Below, one piece after another: positions 1-10,636 of a stretch of DNA of 64,000 nt. Within the stretch, counting starts at the first letter, position 1, and each line of letters begins with the position of its first letter. The stretch lies in the NCBI GenBank assembly GCA_964270895.1, contig OZ185445.1. The stretch is one strand, 5' to 3'. Source of the stretch: Podarcis filfolensis (lineage: Eukaryota). A program made the translations under genes and the position numbers. The notes under the pieces are model-generated. The model saw only the letters and a list, made by a program, of their open reading frames with translations. It was not told the DNA's origin and did no database searches.

Positions 1-299
1 GAATTGCTAGGAGCAGGGTTTTTTTTTTAATTAAGAGCCTCATAAAATACCTATTTCTCTTTTAAAAAGGTAACAGACATAGTGAACAAATTCTTACTGA
101 ACAAAAGATACTTTATTTAGAGACCACACCTTTAAAAAAATAATAATGTATATTTACAATCAAATATAAGATGCAATTTAACCTTCCTATTAATAACAAA
201 GCAGGACGCAGCATCTGAAACGCCTTTTTTTTCTTCCCCAAAACAATGACACTGTTGTGCCAGTGAAAGGTCTGAAAGCAAATGTTTCAAATTGAGGGC

Positions 300-800
300 A
301 TTTCTTTCTTGAGTGTAGACGCCTCTGCCCCAGCTCGGGCTGCCCGCCTTCCCGCATTTGGGAATGACTGGAAGTGGATTGGCTGCCAGTGAGCTCATGT
401 ATTTATGGATCTCTTTCCCGCTAGTAGCAGCAACAGCAATGTACCACGTAGGCTCCTTCCGTCCGGTGAGATGCTGCTGTTCCTAACGCCACACTTTGTT
501 TTTCTCTCTCCCTCTGCTGACCTGACCGTATTATGTTGGCTCTGCAGAAATGTCGAGCCGCTCTTCCCTTTGCGGGTGCTAATACCCTTTGTTGGTAGGG
601 TTTACTGACGTCACGAGGCAAATGGCTGAGCTCGAAGCTGGGAGCTGCTGAGTTTACGTGCTGCTTTCACCTTCGGCAGCAGCGAGCTGTTGTCACAGAG
701 AGCTAAGGCTCATTTTCCACTTGCAGAGAAGGGATTGCTGAATAGGAGGAGGACGGTGGCGGAAGCACCCCACAGCCGTCGACGGGGTGAATGAAACAAC
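300..800 (+). promoter_or_regulatory. CpG-rich promoter/5' leader region of RHOBTB3
   Basis: CpG-dense relative to the AT-rich flanks. Contains GGAAGT (370-375), inverted CCAAT (ATTGG 378-382), a perfect CRE TGACGTCA (606-613) and ACGTG (656-660), just upstream of the first coding exon. The TSS cannot be determined from sequence. Confidence 0.6.
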
Positions 801-907
801 CTCAGGAAATGGAGAAAGAATAAACCCAAGCAGCTTTGGATTTATAATGCAAGCAGCTTTTGCAGGATCCACAGTCACCTTGCTCTCCTGCTTTTGGATT
901 TAAGATC

Positions 908-909
908 AT
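908..909 (+). CDS. RHOBTB3: RHOBTB3 coding exon 1 (only the AT of the split ATG; 5' UTR upstream)
   Basis: AAGATCAT|GTACGT donor with A at -3. Exon 2 starts with a lone G before TCA GTT CAC, so AT+G gives MSVHVV. Intron length 216 nt. Confidence 0.75.
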
Positions 910-3900
910 GTACGTGGGCTGTGTTATTTGTTCCTTTAGTGTTTCCTGTCTCTGGCAAAAACAACAACAACAAAACCCGTGTGCCTTGAGAAAATAATGA
1001 TGATTCTTGTTGTCACTTGAAAAACATCATTTGCTTTCCCCCCTCTTCTCCCCTTCCCACATTCTCTTCATTTTGTCGTAATAGATGTTTGATACCAGCA
1101 GATTAAAAACATTGTTTATTTGTAGGTCAGTTCACGTTGTAGCTTTTGGAAATGAAAGAGGTGGCTTTTCCGAGGATGATCAGCAGAGGAGTCTGATTTG
1201 GACCTATCTTGGGAGAAGCGCTCTGGTTTCAGAGACTGACAGCAGCTTGTTGTTAAACTCTGCCAACTATGTTAGAAATCCTGCATTCACCGAATATCAA
1301 GCCTGTGTGTTTGGAAATGTCAGATTGGTGGTACATGACTGTCCTCTCTGGGTAAGAGACTGTAATATGAAATTAACAGAGCCATCTTAAATGTATTTAC
1401 ACAGGGGTCTAGTTGAGTTCCAAGGGGTTTACTTCCTTGTAATTATGCTAATATTGTAGCTTTTCAGTGCAATCCTAATCATGTCTTCTGAAGTAAGTCC
1501 TATTGAATTCAGTGGGGCTTACTCCCAGGTAAGTGGAATTAGGATTGCTGCCTTAGTTTGGTCAACTTCTAAACCAGTATAAGGTTATTAGAATATAGCT
1601 TCATAGAAAAAGAGAACTGAAAATACTATCTTCTGTAAATTACTGTGATTTGAATGAGTTCATTCCTTGAAGAAACGTGAAAAGATCAAAAGAAAGAGGA
1701 CCATCACCTGCTGTTCTGATATGGAAGTCATGTGTTTCAGAGAATAAACACATCTTGTAGGGTTGAAAAACTGTATTAATGCAGACATTTAGCTGGAACT
1801 AATAGAACAGTAAAGCAGTTTAAGCAACTAATTTTCTATGAGGCTTTCGGCTTTGAATTTGATTGACAGTTGCATGATTACAAAGTTTTGAAAAGAGTGC
1901 ATGTTCTGTTATTTATTTTTGTAATAAGTTGACCATATACCAATTTGGCTCTTAATAGTGTTTCTGGAGTTAGTGATAAGGTCACTTATCAGGAATCATA
2001 TTTATAACTTTTTGATAAGACCTTTGGTAAATTATATTGGGTCAACTTATGGTTCTGTTAGAAAATTTCATTTATTTTCACTTAAATAGATTTCTTCCCT
2101 ACCCTCAATCCTTGTATGCAACATCTTCATTTACAGATATTCTATAAAAAATCATGGCTTCCCAACCACACTTGGGCTGCATCGAAAGCACCACCACCAC
2201 CATTTTTGGAGTGTTTGTGTATGCATTTAATAGGAACAATGTGATGTGAGTAAATTGAAAGAGAGGGGAAGAAAGACAGACATATGCAGTTTAAAATTTA
2301 AACATGGGGGCTAGGTCTGAAATGGCTGAAGACTATGGTTCTTTAGAAATTCCTAAATGTTTTGAGATGGCGTACATCAAGGAAAATCTTTCGAGTGACT
2401 GAATGGTGGTTATTTTGGAGTTGACTGGTATCTAAAGATGTAACATACAGTAGATTGTTAACAAGAATCTATTCCCTGAAATTATCTGATGGATGTGGAC
2501 CACATTCTTTGGGCCTTTTCCAAAAAGCAGCTTATAATTTTGATACCCACCCTCTCTAGTGCCATTATATTTGCAACCCCTTGGAAAGGAAGAGGGGTAA
2601 TCTTGTTGCTGAGCCATAGCCATTTTCAACATATTGGGATAAGTGTTGTATAGCAGAATTGCACAGTATCTGAAGAGAGTATATGGAAACCAGGGAAAAC
2701 AAAAAATAATTTAAATGACAGGGCATTTAAAGTACAAAGTGGCACAGGTAGAGTGAGGAGTTACTATTGTGTTACTCTTCATTACATTGTTGTTGTAAGC
2801 ATTATTAAGTAGTGAGACCATGATCATATAACTTCAGTGCAATAGTTGCTGTTGTAGGGGAGAAATTGAATTTTCATAGTAACTCAGTAATGAAGCTTTA
2901 TTTTAGGGAACATTCAAATCTGTGAACTGGTGCAGTAGATGAAAAAGGTCCCCTGTATCCCTGGCATATGCATACCATGTGCCCAAAACAATATTGTCTA
3001 GGAAGAACTTTTGTTGTGTTAAAAATCCTATCGTTTAAGATAATTCTGGAGATTTTACAGATTTAAAAAGTGAATAATTACAAATAATGTTAAGATATCT
3101 TTTGCCTCATGACACATCCTGAGGACAATGTTTAACAATTCATTCTGAACTATTAAATCTAGAATGAATAACATGGTCTGGACCTATACCCACAGTTAAA
3201 AACATGAAATAGATTGAACAGCTTCACACAAAGCATTCATAGTTTGTAGTTTTTCTGATCATATGTGCAGAACAGTGATTTAAGATCATTACCCTTTATC
3301 AACCTGAGAGTCATCCACGACTGGACCTAATGGTAAGGGGTCCCTTTACCATTACCTTTACCCTTGCGGGATGCGGGTGGTGCTGTGGGTTAAAATACAG
3401 AGCCTAGGGCTTGCCGATCAGAAGGTTAGCGGTTTGAATCCCCGCGACGGGGTGAGCTTCCGTTGTTCGATCCCTGCTCCTGCCAACCTAGGAGTTCAAA
3501 AGCACAAAGTGCAAGTAGATAAATAGATACCGCTCTGGTGGGAAGGTAAATAGTGTTTCCATGCGCAGCTCTGGTTCGCCAGAAGCGGCTTAGTCATGCT
3601 GGCCACATGACCCGGAAACTGTACACCGGCTCCCTCGGCCAATAAAGTGAGATGAGTGCCACAACCCCAGAGTCGTCTGCGACTGGACCTAATGGTCAGG
3701 GGTCCCTTTACCTGTACCCTTTCTCAATCTGTGCTGTACAATGATTAGTATATGCATACATATGTTTGTGTATGGAAACATGCAGAGACAACGGACAGTC
3801 AACATTATTGATTCATCTGACCTTGCATTTACTGTCTGGAACATAATGCAATCAAGTTGGCTTACTTCTGCTATTTATTATTAGTGTTGAAAACTAGTAT

Positions 3901-6900
3901 TTTATGCACATCTCAAATTGTTTGACTAAACAGCACATTCCTATGTGTGTCTACTTAGAAATAAACTAACTCTTAGGTGTGTAGGTATACAATTGCAGTG
4001 TCAGCTTTCTTCAGGCATAATGTTTTTTGCAGCAATTTATCTGAGCTTTCCATATATTTACAAGTCAGGCAGCAACTCCCGAAATTGCCATGTTGATCAG
4101 TCTAGCTCTAGTACAATGTGGTAGAAATATTAGCACATATAGGATAATTACTGTTGTGCAAGAGTAGCAACAATAGCTCCAAATCCTATGGGTAAGAGGT
4201 ACTTTTTAGATATAAAATACTTCCATTGTTGTTAACTTGTTTTGCAAGTAAAGCAAACAAGTGAGACCTGTATCAGACCACTGCAGCATTAATTGTGCCT
4301 GTTTAGTGTTCAGTTAGTTACTCATGCCCTTTCCCAGGGAACACTTTCCCTCTTCTACCCAGTCAACATTCTGTTGCTCAGTCCTCACTGGGCTATTTTT
4401 GGGGTTCACTCCCTTGGGGTTTCCCCCTAAAGTTGTGTTTTTTTGTTTTGTTTTGTTTTTGCACTTTTGCAAATCTTGCCGTTTCCCTCTTCCTTGAGTA
4501 TGGATGGTGCTGCTTTGGCTGCACAAGGATCCACATCCATCTCTGAACTTCTGAAATGGAGGGAATTGATGTCTAGAAGGACCTAAGTATCATGGCCTAA
4601 GAAGTATGTCAAGGTTCCTAATGTGCCTGCAGAAGTCTGGGATTTCAGCATAGTTGCTCTCTAATTGGGCAAATATTTGGTCAACATTTAGAATGTTGGG
4701 GTGAAGAATGTACAGAGATATGCCTGTGAATTAACACTTCTCAGTACATTCATCCACTAAACAAGTTTTAATGCATTAATTTTGGTTTTATTAATCTTCC
4801 AGGTCTTGTTTTCTGTGTCTTCGATTTTCACATTTCTCTATTCCTTCTCCTTTGAATGTACTTTTCTGTTCTGTTCCCATCTTGCGTTTACTTCCCACAA
4901 ATCTAAACATTCTGAATTTATCTCCTTCTCTATTTTGTCTAGTGTTATTTAGAATGTTGGGAAGTCTAATGCTAATCTCAAATTGTTGTGCTATTTCTGC
5001 ACTTCTGCAGACTGGAATTTTACAAACTGAAAAATAAGGAGAGCAGGAGATTACTCTGAAAGCCTTTCATCAGCTAGTAATAAGTATACATTGCATAAGA
5101 AGCAAGGATATTGGACTAGCCTTTCCATTCTCTAGAAGTGAACTTTTCAGAATACTACTGGAGAAACAAATGTAGAATATCCGGTGGCCTCTGCTTGTAA
5201 GAATAAACAAAAGATTGTCATTCTCCATACTTGGACATGCAGAATTTTATTATAATAATTGAAATAAGAGAATGGGGGAAAGTGCCAGTCAAAGGAAGTA
5301 CTGGAATGCAGATTATTGTATGCTGGGAATGTGTAGGCTGGAACAAGCTCAAATAATAGTAAAGTATCTCACAGAGGAAAAATAAGCCAAGTTCTCTTCT
5401 ATAACACTATAGTTGGTTAGTTCTTTATTAAAAGAAAGTTTGGGCATACATTTAAAAATTAGTAAGTACTTCATTTGGATTTGAATGATTTCTCCCATTT
5501 TTATGGCTACAAATGTTACTGATATTCAGAAAAGAAGAGACATTTATTTAAATTATGATTAGTATTCATATGGTACAACCATGCCAGAGATATTATGCCT
5601 AGATTAAGCTGTCAGTAGTGCAGGTGACTTTGAATTACACCTTCCCATTAATTTCTTAAAAAGGCAGCATTTTAAAAACGAACCTCATGTGTTTTTAAGT
5701 TATATTCGTACCTGTGAACAGATTGTTGTAGCTACAATTTACTAGAAATTAAAAACAATTTTGCTGCATAAAGATTCCTTATAATTAATACACCAGTAAA
5801 CACAACAACCAGAGGTTCTAAAACCATACTGAATGTTGGTCTTTGAGTTGAGAGGTCTAGATCCAAATTGCTGTGCACCTATTAACTTACCAATTAGTGC
5901 CATGCACTCAGTTCCCTATCTCTAAAGTGGAAATATCAAAGACAGGGTTGCTGCAAAAATGAATCAGATGAAGTTTAAAGGTAATTTTTCATAGTAATGA
6001 ATTTGTTAATTCTGGCCATCTCTATGCAAATGGCTTTAAAGTAAAAACAAACAAAACTGTGACTACAAATTCTGTTCTTGACTTTAGCAACCATTCAGTT
6101 CATCATAAAAAAATCATTCTTTTGTATTACTTTTGTGTGGAGGACTATTTTGCCAGTTGCTCTTGATCCATAGAAAATGGAATTTAGCTCCATCTTTTTG
6201 TTTTGTATAGGATATTTTTGACAGTGACTGGTACACATCTCGGAACCTTATTGGAGAAGCAGATATCATTGTGATTAAATACTCTGTAAATGACAAGTCT
6301 TCATTTCAAGAAGTAAAGGACATTTATGCACCACTGATAAAAAAAGCATTAAACCACTGTTCAATTCCTGTCATAATTTCTGCTGTTGGTGCAAGACAAA
6401 ACGGTATGTGCTGGAGCTCATCTTATAAACAGCTGAGGTACCGATATGAGACTAAGTGTTGGGTTAATCATGGTGGGGGAAAACTATGGTGGGGGAAAAC
6501 TAGCTGTTAGTTCAATCATGATACGCTTAATGTTTGGTCACAAAACATTTGTACTGTTGGTTAGATTTGTTATAGTCAAGAGACTTGTTCCAGAATTGCA
6601 CTTCTACATGGTTGGTAAAGCACTTATGTTTGTGTACTCTTGTGCTGTTACTGGGGCTAAGCCAGGAAATGCAAGTTTGCCAAATTTAGTTGGTTTCAGA
6701 ATTGCCGCCTTTGATATGTTTCAGCAGACTCCTATGCACATTGACTTGAAAGTAAGTCCCAAAGTGTTCAGTGGGGCTTATACCTTAGTAAGTGTGGGTA
6801 AGACTGCAACATTAAAATGCTTATTGACATTGCATATCAGTCATTTGCTTGGAAAATTCTTTACATTGTTAGCATTACTTGCCATTATTTGCCTACTCTT

Positions 6901-9900
6901 TCACAGTATCAGTTCTGTGTGTAACAGGTACCGTTATTTTGCGCTCTATAACACGCACCCGACCATAACACGCATGTAGTTTTTAGAGGAGGAAAATCCG
7001 TAGGCATGCCACCCGTAGGCATTTCCTCCATAACACGCACAGACATTTCCCCTTACTTTCTAGGAGGAAAAAAGTGAGTGTTGTGGTGCAAAAAATACGG
7101 TAACTTCCTAACATCTTTTAGTATAGACATCGCCTTAGTATAGACTTTACATACTGTAGGTCAATCCCAGTAGCTAAGGGATTCTATTAAAAGGGCATAC
7201 CTTTGCATTCAGAAGTTGAAGTCATGCAGGCTGTATTGTCTGTGCTGAAGCCACATTGGTACCCGTCAGGTGTGTGGTCTGCTGGGATCCCACAGACTGT
7301 GTAGGGACATAACTTATTTGAGTGGATCCTGCACAGTTGCAATTATATTAAAATGATCCAACCATATGGGCAGGGCTGATCAAAAGTGCCCGCCCCATGA
7401 AATTGGCATCCTCTCCTCATACTTCTCTGGTTAGAACCGAAAAGATTATTCGCTTCCCATGCGGGAGCCACTCATGAAAAAGTTATTTAAAGGGTGCCTG
7501 ATGTGTTCGACTTGAACTTGGACTGAGGCTTTAATCCCTTTTGAGCTATGAAGCTCTGGGTAAATCCCTGCCTATAAATTATCCCACTGCACAAGTTTGT
7601 TAGGTGAAATTTATGCTCTGGCTGATGAAACTATGAATGCCATCTTCTGAAAAATTGGTAAAGATGGTAAAAAATGATTTTGCACATTTGATTTCTACTG
7701 CTCTCTCTCGTGTATGTGAAGATCTGTTCTGAATCTCATCGTCCTTAGCTTTTGCATGAGCAGAGTCCATTGTCATAACTTTAGCTGTGCCATTGTTTCT
7801 CAAGATTCTAATAGCTGAGATACAGATTTGAGCCCTTACTCATGAAAAGGTTTGCTCAGCATGGCCCAGAGTAGTGTTACTTTATGTCTCCATTTTGGTA
7901 TGCCTCATGGGTAATTTTGCTGTGTATCTGTATCATGAGCAATTGAATGATCCAAACACATCTGTGGCAAAATTATCCTGCTCTCAGTGGAAACTGAAGG
8001 AGGCTTGTCTAGAGCATTTATTCAGGCAGAGGCATAGTGGGTAGCATCTTTGAGTGGTTATTTCAGGTTGACAGGAAAATTGAAATTTTAACATAATGTA
8101 TTTATTGTGGCATAGTGACAGGCATATTAGCGTTCCTGCCCCCTAGAATGTTGTTTGGGCATTTATGAGCTATGCACTTTTAGTTTTAATGATGTTTAAT
8201 GAATTCTGATGAAGGCATTATTTGTGTGAAATCTGATACAGTGTCAAAAGTGAAAAAAAGTTTTTGTTTCTTCCTTATTTCTGGTATCTTCCAAGCTAAT
8301 GTGATTATTGGAAAGTAGTAGCATCAGAGTAGTCTGTAATTTCTTATTGGGAAGCATTTGTTTAAAACTTTATTCATTACTTAATACATTGTCATGTTTT
8401 TGTCCATTATATTGTTGTAAGTTGCAGCTACTTTTAAGTGGTTTTTTTAAATATACCGGTAGTTGCTGTAATGCAGTCCACTGAATTCTTAAGCTTTGTT
8501 GCATTATGGGCCCCAATACCTTGCAGACCATTTCCATATGGTAGACTATTTGAAATGCTTTTTAGTTAAAACTATGATGCTACTGTACTGAATAGCAACA
8601 TGAAGGAAAAGGGGAAACTTTTCCAGATTAAATTTGTGTAAAAAAGGAGAACATGTACAAGAATGAAACTGCTTTGTATGGTCACACTGTTAATAAACAG
8701 TCTATTCTACTTTATCTGAAAACATGCCATCAAATTCAACAATAGTTTCTACCACAGTAGGATTGTAATAATGTGAACCAGTTTGATATTCATCATACTT
8801 ATTATTTAAAAGGCTGCAATTTCTCCTCATTGATGTAATACCTGATTCCCAATTGAAATTTCTTTACTGGAATACTTGTGGGCAGTAACACTAAAAGTAT
8901 AAAAAAGGTTGTGTTGCATGTTAGCCAAACTCTATGAAGTAAACCTTGAAAATTATCCATAGGTAATGAACTTGATGCTTGGTGAAAATGTATTGATGTC
9001 TAAAATTTCTCTCTCTCTGCATTTATATATACAGATCTATGTTCTATCAAACTGAATTATACTCAGAATAGACCCATTAAAATTATTGGACCCAAGTTGG
9101 TCATGTCCATTAATTTCAGTGGGTCTGCTTTGACTATGCCTACCATTGGATCCAACCTTATATTTGTCATTTTTGTCATGCTTTTGCAAGGCAATAAGTT
9201 ATTTGGAGTAGTTGATAATCAGAATATAAATGACCCAAGAGAGATTATTTCAGTGTGACTGCACCACTGCTTTTACAGTAAGAACTGTCAGTAGATAGCA
9301 GTCTTCTTTTTCATGAAATATTATCTGATGTTGTTCATAGGCAATTTGATATATCCTAGGGCATACTTGAGATTAAATTTAGGGGGCAAGAAGATCTTGT
9401 CTTTTTGAATATCAGCCCCATGTAAACTGATAATACAATATAATAATGCACTTAAATATTTTTATTTATAACAGCACAAGTTTGTTTGCTATGGGAACCT
9501 TTTTCCTTCAGTTAACAATGAAAAGAACAGATAATGCTGTCTGCAGAGCCTTGTTTACTCTGTCTGTGGTTCTACTGACACTGCTTAGTAAGGAATGCAG
9601 AATTCTTGTGTAATATCATGCTGACTGCAATTTAGAGGAAATTGTGGTCTGGCAAATGTCCTTGCAAAGTGTTACAAGCTTTCCTCATTATTTGCCGTAT
9701 GATTTATAATGGCCTACCATTGAAACTTGTCTTAAATTTTTGAAACTTTTGATAAATTGAAAAGTGAAGTGACAATAATAAGACACTTAATTTCATTTGG
9801 GGGGGGGGGAGGAAATACTGTGTCATGCACATTAATCATTTTGGCAAGCCATATTTGCATTTCAGGAGGGATCTTTGTAGAAAGCCTTGATGCAACCTTA

Positions 9901-10581
9901 GCTGTTATACATCAGACAAACAGTGAATAACAAGATAAGGGGTGGTATTCAGTGCTAGTCCTACTCAGAGTAGACCTGTTGAAGTAAATGCACATTACTA
10001 GGTTCATTAATTTCAGTGGATCTTCGCTGAGTAGAATTTAGTTGAATACAACCCATGTTCAAAACTAGCTTGCAATAAGAAAAGTAAGATATAATATAAT
10101 TAACATGAAAGTATTGTTTAATTCTTGTTGGAGTAGCTCTGCATTTGTACTTGCATTATTTATGCTGTTAATAGATTTTAAAATCTTACCTTTTGTTGAA
10201 TGTGCTATTAATTCCTTAGTATGGTTTTGAAGCTACTGAAGAAGAGCCAATGTAATTAAAATATTTTGCATAAATAATTTGTTTTCTCAGAAGTTCCCTG
10301 CACTTGTCCTTTGTGCATCTCAGACAGAGGGAGCTGTGTTACAGCTTCTGAAGGGATTCAGCTTGCTAAAGAACTTGGAGCTACTTATTTGGAACTGCAC
10401 AGTCTCAATGATTTCTACATAGGAAAATATTTTGGAGGAGTGGTAAGTAGAAAAGAATCTTAGAATGATCAAATGGTAAGATTTCAAATATCTTTTGAAA
10501 TTTGGACTATGATTTTTTTTGGACGGATATGGACATTGGCTACTCCTGCTCTGACCTGAAGTCCACTGGATGACATAGGTC

Positions 10582-10636
<55 letters not shown>

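Noticed and set aside
1-400. SPATA9 or RFESD exons expected from human synteny
   Set aside because: No translation here resembles those proteins as I recall them.
397-441. AT|gt at 397-398 and 439-440 as the RHOBTB3 start exon
   Set aside because: Donors GTATTT and GTACCA are poor; AT|GTACGT at 908-909 has a better donor and Kozak context.
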